Shown: in pieces, positions 49,890-64,000 of the stretch | Position numbering within the stretch: position 1 is the stretch's first letter | Layout of the letters: each line of letters begins with the position of its first letter | Origin: Prorocentrum cordatum | Lineage: Eukaryota | Reading direction: 5' to 3' | Length of the DNA stretch: 64,000 nt | NCBI GenBank assembly: GCA_963575745.1 | Contig: CAUYUJ010000021.1 | Span: 1-64,000 of the forward strand | Notes under the pieces: model-generated | Databases searched by the model: none | What the model was told of the DNA's origin: nothing | The model's input: only the letters and a program-made list of their open reading frames with translations | Program-made: the position numbers and the translations under genes

Positions 49890-52460
49890 TTATCGCTCGA
49901 CTGAGCGCCCGTCGCTGGCTGCGCTGGGACCGCGCGCTGACGCATAGGACAACCGACCAGGGGCCCATCGATGGGGCCGGTTAACGACGCAGCTTCCACT
50001 GTCGGCTTTTGGCATCAACTCGCGCGGGCCGCCCTCGCAAGGCACGCGCGAGGCATGGCTCGCAACGGGCTCGACGCGGGACAGCGGCTCACTCGCCTTC
50101 GTTGCTTCGTGCCGCCTTCGATGCGCAACGGCGCTCGCGGGGCGCGACGACGCGCGACGGCGCGCTCCCGCCGGCAGAGCGCGGGCCAGAAACGTCTCCG
50201 GTGCGAAGAACTCAGCCGCGCGTAAGCGCGGCGTCACGAAGTTCGCCCCAAGAACACGTAGCAACTCGTACTCCTCCCGCGACGGAAGGTCGGCGATGTT
50301 CTCTGCTGATGGGACCCGCGCAAACCACGGCGAACACCGGGTGCGTGCGATGAGGAACCACATGGCGTGAATGATGCGGGAGTGGTCCCAAGCGGAAGCG
50401 CGACCGCTCCGCACTGCCCCTTCTGCGCCCACATTGTCGGACCAAATCACCACTCGGCGGTCCGCCAGCAGTTCACTAAAGGTAGCTAATCCCAGCGCTA
50501 TAGCGAGCAGTTCTAACGCCATAATCTGAGAGTCCCGGCGCGGCGCCAAGTCCTCCAGCAGCTCCTGGTCTGGAGGGGCGTCGGACCAGAAGGCGCGACC
50601 ATCGACGAACAGCACGGCGGCGAGCCGTGGATCGGACCCGCCCCTTGCGTCAGCGAACAAGTGCACTTCTTGCCGTTCCAGCTGCGCCCACGGCTTGGAC
50701 TGATGGATGCCGAGGGCCAGCACCTCCGCCCACCATGACAGCGCCAAGTTGAGCGGGGCGCGAACGACACCCCGTCGCGCATTCTGCTGCGCGAACAGGG
50801 GCTGCAACATCGCACGCCCTAGCCGCTCGAAGCAATGTTGACCTGCCCAGCTGAGAGCGCCGGCCAGCTTGCTGGCTTGGCCGGCACATAGTGTCCCGCA
50901 GTCGAGCGCTTGCTTGATCAAGAAAAGCCACTTGCGCACCTTCTTGGGCGCGGGAAACAAGTTGATCCCGCTGAGAGAAAAGGACACATGCAGGCCCAAA
51001 ATCTCCAGCTCGTCGCCACATTCCAGCTTCTTATCGGAAACCGCTCCTGGACCTAGGAGCAGGCGCACTAGTCTGGCCAGCGATGCCATGGTATGCTCTT
51101 TAGTTGCGGGTGCGCACGGCCCAAAGAAATCGTCCACGTATCGGAGGGTGGGAATCTTTAAGAGCTTGCGGGCGAGGTGCGCCAAGGCAGCTCCGACTCG
51201 GTCCCACCCAAAGACGGCAGCCAGGGCGCCGAACATCAACGCCAGGTGACCAGTGACCCAAATGTCTCCGTCGTGCAAATACGTGCTGTAAGCTGCCCAC
51301 CTGTGGCAAGGCCGACAACGACACCGCAAACGCCGGGTTCCTCTGGAACCCCGACACGAGCACCCCAGGTCGATGCTTTTAACGGGGGGGGGCACCCGGA
51401 AATCCCGAGCCTGTGTTCAGGAGCGATAGGCACACGCCGGTAAGCGGAGTCGATGTCAGCCTTAAACAGTGCCGGTGCGTGCCCGCGCAGACCGTGATAG
51501 CAGCGCAGGGCGTCCACCAAAACGTCAGCCCCGTCCAGCAACAACCTCTCGGCGGGCTGGCACGCCGAGTTGATGCCCCCTCTCGATTCATCGTCTACTA
51601 CGCGAACCTTGGGCGCGCCATCCGGCTTGACGCCCTGCACAATGGAGAAACGCGGGGACAGACGCACCCTGCCCAAGTCCGCCTTGGCCAGCACAACCGG
51701 AGCGGTCATCCGCGACAGAGACGCATCGGCGAGCGCGCCCTCGTGGATCGCAGACGAGTTCACGTCCTCTCGCAAGGAAGACAAAATGGCTCTATTGTGC
51801 ACGGGGGAGGAGGTCAGCAACTCCTCGGACGACGTGGGCTCCGGGAATTTCTTTGCGGGCCCTCTGCCCGCATGGGGCAGCTTTCCGAGCAAAGGCGCGC
51901 CGTAGCGGAACAGATCAGCCGCGGCCGTGTCATCGTAGCTCGTCATGTCGAGCAGAGCAGCTAAAAGCGGCCCATTCACGTCGGCGGACACGGCGCGCGT
52001 CGCGTCGTCAGCGCCGGCGAACCATTGCTCGACGGCCCCGTCACGTCGTAACGCTTGTCCCCACGCTTCCAGGCGTGATAGCATATTGTCGCGCAGACGC
52101 ATAACCTCTACGCTGTCTCTGGACGCTTCCCACTCTATGGCGCAGCGAACGTCTTCCTCAATCCCGCGCGATGGCGCGATGTGAAATCCGTCCTTCATTG
52201 CACAGTTGATAAATTCTATCTTCTGCACGTCGCCAGCGTCAAGCTCTCCTACAACGCGACAGATTTTTAACGCGCGCGCGCGGGAGCAAAGACGGATACG
52301 CGATGGGGCCTTTCGACAAATGGGCTTGCACCCCGCCCACCGCGGGAGCGCCCGCGCCGGCAACTTCTTCCAGTGAAACAACCGGTGTAGGCTGCGCCCC
52401 GCGCGTCCACACCGAATTGGTAGCCTGCGCAAGCGCGACGCCACCGCGCGCGACATACAT
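49890..52460 (-). CDS. RT/RNase H; predicted exons 52460-52310, 52248-51411, 51300-49890 (~799 aa, start uncertain)
   Basis: KVRVVDD, FKADIDSAYRRVP, LMFG, RYVDDFF; RNase H LFADA, ALELLA, WSDN, ENIADLPSR. Frames join on removing GC-AG introns 52249-52309 and 51301-51410. Confidence 0.88.
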
Positions 52461-52604
52461 GTAGGTGCGCCGCGCTTCCAGCCTCCTGTCCGCGGCATGC
52501 TTCACATGTCACCGCTGGACTCTCAGCTGCGCCTGCGCGCCGTCCGGCTACCGCCGTCGCGCGCGCGCGCACCGACCCGCGCCTGCGCGGCGCAGGAACG
52601 TTGA

Positions 52605-53835
52605 TCAGCGCTCGTGATGCCTGGCTCTCTTGGCCCGCGGCTCCCCGTACTCGCCGCGGTCGTTCGGCGCCGCCGGGGGCGCAGGCGGGAACTTGCCCTT
52701 GCCGCCGCCCTTGGCGCCCTTGCCGCCGCCCTTGCCGGGTTTTCCGCCGCCCTTGGCACCCTTGCCCCCGCGGGGGGCTGAGCGCTCCTGACTTTCGCGA
52801 TCGTACGCGGCCTCTGCCTCGCCCAAGAGAGTCACATCGATCGTTGCCACGACAGTTTCGATGTCGAGGGAATCATCACCGGCGCGAGACCTCTCTGCCC
52901 AAGTGCGCCGGCAAATCTCATCGTATACGAGCCCCAGCGCGCCACTCCGATTAGCATTGGGCGCCTGCGCGGCCACCTGCCGCGCCGCGCGCGCATCGCA
53001 CTCGCGCCGCTGGATCCGCAGAGCAACGGCGATAGGCGGGCCTTCATGACGTTCTGGCGGTGGCGAATCGTCGCAGCCAGCGTCATCTGCTCCGTGCAGA
53101 CGCAAGCGATGGCGTACCTACGCGCTCGGACGACGCCGTTGCTCTTGGGTGCGCGCCCCGCGCGCAGACGCGTGCACCTGTCGAAGGCGGCATGCCATTG
53201 CGTGAAAGTGAGCGACTTCGCTTTGACTGGGTTCGCTACGCCGAGCGCGCGCGAAAGGTCGCGAAGATCCCGAGACATGGGCGGGCCCTCATCAGCCTCC
53301 TCTTTCGCGCTCTTCGATTCTGCCCAGGACGGCAAGAACTTCTTCAGGTCAGCGAACACAAATGGCCGCTTGATGCCGCGACGCTGCAGCCGCTTCACGT
53401 CCGTCTCGAGGGCGTCGACCGCCGCGGACCGCGGCCAAAACGCCTGGCCCACATCCTTCAGAGCGCCTCCTTGCAACTTCGCCTGAATGTCCACGTGGCA
53501 CATCGGCTCAGGTGCTGACCCGCTCCCGGCCGCGCTGCCTGCGCTGGCCGGATCAGCCGCGCGCTGTTCCTCCGCTGTCAGAGACTTCGCGGCAGCCATC
53601 ACTCTGGCTAAGAAGGAGCGCTTACCCGCGGACGGGTTGCCCTGCAGTGCGCCGGGATCTGCAAACGCAAGATCACGCACTGACTCCAACTCATTGTCCT
53701 GCGCGCGAGGCACTGGCGCGTCGTGGCGGCATTCGCAGCCGCTCGCGGCGCCTGGCATAGGGCTGCGCACTGCCGAAGCCACTCGGCGCCGCGGCTTGTA
53801 TCATCATGGGCCGCAAGAAAATCAGCCAGGCTCAT
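52605..53835 (-). CDS. Gag-like ORF; predicted exons 53835-53752, 53698-53178, 53117-53042, 52976-52605 (~350 aa)
   Basis: Lies upstream of pol. Splicing gives ..CAALCQ|DNELES..AAFDR|YAIA..NVMK|VAAQ..YDEICRRTWAER.. and a GKG-rich tail. Confidence 0.72.
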
Positions 53836-53994
53836 GGACAGCGTGGGCGTTGCAGCGCACATCGCTGGTGTGGCCGCGGCGCGCCCAACGGCGTATGCGG
53901 CTCGCGTCTTCTGCCTGCGCGCACTGCTGGCTCCGTCGCGTAACAACGATCATTGCGCGCGTCTCCTGACGAATGTCAACACGCTGGGCGGCGG

Positions 53995-54705
53995 AAACCG
54001 GTCGCATTGACGCGGTAATATTGGCGTGGTCGCACTGACACGGTCGCGCTGACACGGTCGCAATGACGCGTTCGCTTTTACACATTCGCATTGATACGGT
54101 CGCGGCGAGACGGACGCGTTGACACGGTCGCAACGGCACGGTCCCCTTGACACGCCCCACAAGACACGGACGCAGTGACGCGGAGAAATTGGCACGGTCG
54201 CAACGACACGGCGTAATTGACGCATTGCGTTGACGCAATCGAAAAGACGCGGTCGCATTGACACGGCCTTACAGACGCGGTCGCATTGACGCGATCTTAC
54301 TGGCGCGGTCGCGTCGACACGGCCCAGGCACGGTCGCATTGACACGGCCGCATCAACACGATCACATTGACGCGGTCATACTGGCACGGTCGCATTGACA
54401 CGGCCATAGCACGGTCGCATTGACACGGCTTTATCGACACGGTCGCACTGACACGGTCGTATTGGCACGGTCGCATTGACACGGCCCAGGCACGGTCACA
54501 TTGACACGGCCTTATTGACCCGGTCTCACTGACACGGTCGTATTGGCACGGTCGCATTGACACGGCCATAGCACGGTCGCATTGACACGGCTTTATCGAC
54601 ACGGTCGCACTGACACGGTCGTATTGGCACGGTCGCATTGACACGGCCCAGGCACGGTCGCATTGACACGGCCTCATTGACACGGTCATACTGACACGGT
54701 CATAC
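53995..54705. repeat. ~13-14-bp minisatellite (TGACACGGTCGCAT) in the 5' leader of the YR element
   Basis: Dozens of copies, homogeneous next to A1 and decaying toward gag. Confidence 0.92.
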
Positions 54706-55619
54706 GGAAACAAAAGCCGCCACGGCGGCCCGCGACGCGCGCACCGAGGGCGCCAGCCTCGCGTTCGGCCGACAAGCGCCCTCGGGGCAGCGCGCGCGAC
54801 GCGGGGGTATATTTACCCTCCCCCCACCGCAGGGAGACGTGGACAAAGAACACGAACAAGACGAGGAACACGAAGTCCATGAAGACCTGAGGCGAGCCAC
54901 CCCAAACGCACCCCCCAACCGACCCAACCCGCCCCACCACAGGCACCGCGGCGAACCGCGGCGCCAGCGGCGGGGCGGCAGGGGTAGAAGGTTCCCAGGT
55001 CCGCGTTTTTGTGACAACGAACAAAACTGCGTTGTGTTCTCGCCAATAAAAGGGAGGGAGTCTGGACCCTACAAGACAAGCCATTTCAGACCCCCCCCCC
55101 GTGGGAGAACCCTCCAAAACATCGTCCCCAGACCCCCCAGGCCCTCCAAGATAGCCTGGAAGAGACCCCCCCCCGAAATGAGACCCCCCTCCCTTTGTTA
55201 CGAAATCTGGAGTACCTCCTGGGATCTGGGTACAACGGCCCCTCGCCGAAGCTCTGGCTCAAGGCATCCCGGCTCACATCCGATACGTAGACCTTCCCCT
55301 ACAGTCTGCGCTCGCCCTATCATATGTTGCCCTCTCTTCTCTGCTCGTCGCTCCAGGACGGTGGCACAACGCCCTCTCCGAGGAGGTCGAGGCGGAAGAG
55401 GGGGAGGAGGGTGGTCGGGCCCATATTGGGGCTCACGGCTGCGCGGCGGCGGGCGTCCTCCGAGTGGCGATCGGGGCATCGACGTCGTCGCCCCCAACCT
55501 GGCGACGGAGGAGGAGGAGGAGGCGAGGAGCCAGTGCACGTCACGTGATGTATGCCATGGACGGCAAGGCGCTGCCTTCTAAAGCAATGCTGGCTTGAAA
55601 GTCTTGCCACTCCCCTGTC

Positions 55620-56860
55620 ATTTCCTCGCATCTCCCTCCCTCCCTCTCTCCGTGTCTGCCTCACCCGAACCTCGGTTTCCTCTCTCCTCAGCCCTTCTCC
55701 CTCCTGACTCCTCCCTCCTCCCTCCTGCCTTCTCCCTCCTCCTCCTCCTCCTCCTTTTCATCCTCCTCCTCCTCCTCCTCCTCCTCCGCCAGCAAGCGGC
55801 GCGGGAGGCGGCTCCACCAAGTCCATGAGATCAGCCGGAGCCGCAGGCTTCTGCGGCGCCTGCGCAACAACGCTCCGGCTGCCCTGGCCCTGTTCGCTCC
55901 AGACCTCGCTCCTCCCGCCCATCTCCTACTGCGCCTGCGCCACCGCCGTTTCCTTCTCCCCTGCCCTCGCTCGCCCACAGGCTGTCTCCCGTCCCTCCCT
56001 CCACCCCGCCCCCTGGCACCCCTCGTCCTCCCTGCCTCTGCGACATCCTGCTCCCCACTCACTCGTCCTCATCTCTTCTCCCTATCATCCCCTTCCTCCC
56101 CTCCTGTCCCCTCCCCTCCCCTCCGCTGCTCACCCTTCTTCGTATCATTTCTCATTCTCGTCATCCATTTCTTTCTCCTCCGCCGCCTCCTGCTCTTCCA
56201 CCTCCTTCCTGTCCTCATCTCCCTCCTCTCCTGTCCTTTCCTCCTCAATTCCCCCCAACCACTTCCCCTCCTCCCCGCCCTCTGTCCCCCTCCCCTAGCT
56301 GCCCACGCCTCTGTTCTCTCTTTCCCCCCGCCCCACCCTTCGGTCCTCCCCTCCGATTTCCCTCCCCTCCCCCCAGCCCCGTCACCATCTTCCCCTCCTC
56401 TCCCGCCCCCACTCCCCTATCAGCCTTCCGTCCCTCCCCCTTGTCCACCTCCTCCTCCTCCTCCTCCTCCTCCTCCTCCTCCTCCTCCTCGTCCTCCTCC
56501 TCATGCACCACCCCGTCCTTCGAAGCTCACCACCAACCTCCCTCTGCAATCAGCACGGCCGGCGCGCGGGAGCCTGCTCGCCGGATGCACTCGCCGGGGT
56601 AGCAGCGCCGCCCCTGCGGGAGAGCCAGTCGGCAGAGGGGCGAGGAAGGGGACCGGGGTGGAGGCAAGAGCCCTCTCCCAGATCTCCCCACTGCCCCTGC
56701 CCCTGCCCTTGCCTCTTCCCCTCCCCTTCCCCCTTTTCCCGTTCCCCCTTCCCCTCTCCCTCTTCCCTACATCTCCTCCACCTTCTCGTCAATCCTTCCC
56801 CCCCCTCCCCTCACCACTGTTTCCCCCCTCTCGCCACCCCCCTGATTCTCGTCCCCCGCT
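55620..56860. repeat. Pyrimidine-rich/(CCT)n low-complexity tract
   Basis: Direct reading. Confidence 0.85.
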
Positions 56861-57477
56861 CTCCATACGGGGCGCCTCCCAGGACAGGAGACGGAGGAGG
56901 AAACCGCTGCCTGCCGGTGGCGCCTTCCCCGCCCACTCCCATCGGAAGAGAGGGGGGGGGCCAAGGAGGGCAGATGACCAGGTGAGGCGCCGCCTGCGCC
57001 ATGGCGGTGCGACATGGCGGTCGACACCACTGGCACAGGCCGCGCGAGACGCGGAGCCCGCGACTGGCCAGACCGAGAGCTACGAGACCGCCCAAGTGCT
57101 CTCCCACTGGGGCCCGCGCCCTGGCGCGAGGCCGCTGCGCGCTGCGGCGCCGCGGCTGGCGCGCGCTGCCAAGAAGAACCTCCCCGCCAACATCATCGAC
57201 GTCGCCTGGCTCGCCGTGGCGACTGTAAGGGCTGCGTGGACGGTGGCGGCCTTCAACCGGCGGCAGCAGACGGAGCTGTGCGGCGATGGGGCCAGAGGCT
57301 ATAGTGAGAAGGCCGACGTAGTCTGATACCGCCATTCCAGGCCTGAAGACGGTCTTGCGCAAGGACGCCGCGGTGTTCATCGGTCTCCATACCCAGCAGT
57401 ACCCGCCGACACCGCCGTCGGTCGGCCCCAAATCCGCCAACCCTGTCGGCGTGTGGAAGACGCTCTTCCGTTCGTCA

Positions 57478-57517
<40 letters not shown>

Positions 57518-57844
57518 CGCCGCCGTCGCCGTCGCCGTCGCCGTCGCCGCTCCCCTTCTTTCCCTGAGAAGCGAATTTGAGTAACGTCGTAATTGAGTCG
57601 AATGGAAGCCCCTTCCATTTGATCCCTTCCCCGCCAGGGGGAGGGAGGGGGGTCCTGGGGTGGTCCAGGTCCATGGGGGGGGAACAACACCGATCCCAAC
57701 CACTTCGTACCGTTCAAGAACCACTTCGGACCGATGACAACCAGCGGAAACGGATGGATCGTAACGTGTAGGATTCCTCATGTAATCCGACAAAGGGAAC
57801 ACCAGATTGCAACCAGAAGAGCTTGTTTCAGCTTCCCTGGGCTT

Positions 57845-58600
57845 GTAGGATTTTGTAGGACTCCTGCAGGTAAGGAGTCTTGAAAGTTCCTGAAGGATTC
57901 CGGAAGGATTCCTGGCGGACTCTTGAAGGATTCCTGCGCAATTCTCTGAGGATCCCTGGAAGACTCCTGGAGAATATCCGACGAATTCCTGAAAGACTCC
58001 TGAAGAATGCCTGAAGGATTCTTAAAGATTCCGGAAGGATTCCTAAAGGATTTCTCAAGGATTCTTCGAGGATTCCCAGAAGATTCTTGGATGATTCCTG
58101 CAGGATTCCTAAAAGGACAGTTGGAGAATTCCAATAGGAATTCTGAAGGATTCCTGACAGATTCCTGACGCCTGAAGGATCCCTGAAGGATTCCTGGTAG
58201 ACTCCTGAAAAATTCTTGGGGGATCCCTGAAAGATTCCTGAAGGATTCCTGAAGCATTCTTCAAGGAATCTTGCAACCTTTCTGAAGGATCCCAGCAGGA
58301 TCTTTCGTGGATTCCTGACGGAATCCAGAAGGATCCCTTAAGGATGCCTGAAGGATTTTCGAAGGATTCTTGGAGGAGTCCTGCGGGATTCCTGAAAGAT
58401 TATTGGAGGATTCCTGAAGGATTGCTGAAGGATTCCTGGAGGACTCCTGAGGGATCCTTGAAGGATTCCTGAAAGATTCTTGAAGGATTTGTGAAGGAAA
58501 ATTTTCGGAATCCTAGAACAAATTATTTGATGATTCCTGAAGGAATCCTGAAGGACCCCTGAAGGAGTCCAGCAAGATTTCTGAAAATTCCTGAAGGATG
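57845..58600. repeat. 11-bp minisatellite (GGATTCCTGAA)
   Basis: Direct reading, degenerate copies. Confidence 0.93.
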
Positions 58601-59139
58601 CCCAGACTGACGATTGTCATGGTGGTGCTGGTTATGACGTCGCTGGTGATAATAATTCGCACCTGGTGGCCATCGGTCCATCCCGCCTCCGAGCCGGGGT
58701 TGCGTGTCAGAGGCCTCTGGGATACAGTCGGGGTATCGTGGGAAGCCTTTGGGAAGCTTCTTCTGGGAGGCACGTCTAAAGCCTGCTGAAGCCTTCTGGG
58801 GCTCCTGCAGGCCTCTGGGGGCCATCTAGGGGCAGCCTCTGCGGAGCCCGTTGGCGGTCTCGGGGATTATCTTGAGCATTCTTGGGCGCCTGCTAGGCCG
58901 TCTTGGGGCCCCCATCGAGCCATCTTGAGGTCTCCTTCGGGGCCTTTTGGGTCGTCCTGGGGCGGTCAGGGGAGCCTCTTGGGCCGTCTGGAACGCTGCC
59001 AGGATCGATCAGGCCAACATGGCTACACATGTGAGTTTGTCCACAGGACTGTGACGACGTTGTCCTCTTGGGGCCTTCTTGGAGCCCTCTTGACAATACC
59101 CGTGGCATCAGCACGGCTCCCGATGGTCGGCTACGACCA

Positions 59140-62850
<3,711 letters not shown>

Positions 62851-63344
62851 TTCCCACTACTGCCGTTTGTCGATCTGATGGACCACACCCACTTTTTCAA
62901 ATTTCAATCGGGATGCGTAAGGGGAGTCATTGTATCCAGAAGCGCTCTGGTGGTTTCTCCCTAAGTCGGGACCTTACTGAAGCGTCCCAACAACGCTCTC
63001 GACCACTTCGGACAGATCGCATCTGGTTGAAATCGGTCCCAAGTGGTTCCTGAACGAATCGTAGTGGATTCGATCGGTCGTGCTCGAGGGGGGGGTGGTC
63101 GAGGGGCGATCGCGTGTGTGTGTGTGGCCCGTTGGGTGTTTGTGTGGCCCGTTGCGTGTGTGTGTCCCGGCGAGCAGCCAGCCAGATGCGCGTAACTGTG
63201 GCCCGCGCTGGCCCGTGAGTCAAAAATATGTTTCAAAATCTGCGGAAGGCCTCCTCTGTTAGCTGAGAACAAATGGAAAAATCCTAAGAGATTGCATGTA
63301 TTACAAACGGAACAGAGTGGCATGTGTTTTGAAAGCACTCTGGT

Positions 63345-63488
63345 GATAGTACTAATGGTGATGGCGGCGACGGTGGCAGTGGCAGCAGTAGTGGTAGTAG
63401 TAGCAGTAGTAATAATAATATTAGTAGTACTAGTAGTAGTAGTAATAGTAGTAGTAGTCGTAGTAGTAGCAGTAGTAGTAGTACTAGC

Positions 63489-63520
<32 letters not shown>

Positions 63521-63582
63521 CAGTAGTAGCAGTAGTAGTAATAGTAGTAGTAGCAGTAGTAGTAGCAGTAGTAGTAGTAGTA

Positions 63583-63632
<50 letters not shown>

Positions 63633-63653
63633 ATAGTAGTAGTAGTAGTAGCC

Positions 63654-63695
<42 letters not shown>

Positions 63696-63880
63696 ATAGT
63701 AGTAGTAGTAGTCGATCATAGGAAGTAACCGTAGTACTAGTAGTAGTAGTACTAGTAGTAGTAGTCGTCGTCGTCGTCATAGTAGCATTAATAATCGGAA
63801 TCGCAGTTGTAGCCGTAGCAGGAGTCGTAGTAGCAGTAGTGGTAGTATGAGGAGTAGTAGTCATAGTAATAGCGGTAATA
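63345..63880. repeat. (TAG)n microsatellite
   Basis: Direct reading. Confidence 0.95.
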
Positions 63881-64000
63881 CGTTATCTTGAAAAATGTAG
63901 GGATATATAGAAGTAGTCGTTGTCGCTTGTCGCAGTAGGTCGTAGTGGGTGATGGTGGGCCGTTGGTCGAGGTCAGTAATAGTGGTCTGTCTAGTCCTAC

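Larger units (their letters stand above)
47705..55044 (-). mobile_element. Tyrosine-recombinase (DIRS-order, PAT/Ngaro-type) retrotransposon with split direct repeats
   Basis: A1 54706-55044 = A2 47890-48228 (339 bp); B1 48232-48377 = B2 47705-47850 (146 bp). Order on the - strand is A1-gag-RT/RH-YR-B1-A2-B2. AAT flanks both ends. Confidence 0.93.

Noticed and set aside
48456..53835. Bulged hairpin motif in the YR element
   Set aside because: No convincing instances seen on its sense strand by eye; the absence is not formally tested.
56980..57480. Possible host exon or decayed ORF
   Set aside because: Looks coding-like but has a stop and frame change and no recognisable motif.

Overview
Repeat-dominated eukaryotic DNA with no recognisable intact host gene. 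The GC/GT-AG introns with AG|G borders and the general style suggest a dinoflagellate, but that is inference. Main contents: (i) 1-6.6 kb, a decayed coding element (a duplicated-domain ORF plus a frameshifted EEP-nuclease-like ORF); (ii) 8597-41236, two near-identical head-to-tail copies (period 16,254 bp) of a giant (CT)n-embedded non-LTR retrotransposon, with an 856-aa ORF1 and a reconstructed ~4,300-aa ORF2 (ART/PARP-like, SH3-like and Cys-rich modules, then APE-RT-Zn finger-RNase H); (iii) 41611-45269, a foldback palindrome built from a 152-bp satellite; (iv) 47705-55044 (- strand), a complete split-direct-repeat tyrosine-recombinase retrotransposon whose gag and pol are interrupted by at least five short spliceosomal-type introns; (v) long (CT)n, (CTA)n and minisatellite tracts. 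The most striking observation is a covarying hairpin (variable lower stem, bulged pyrimidine, 3-bp stem, tetraloop). It is written ~15 times into the LINE sense strand, in all three reading frames, at quasi-regular ~1.0-1.35 kb spacing. A sister version of the same fold occurs >20 times in the upstream element.
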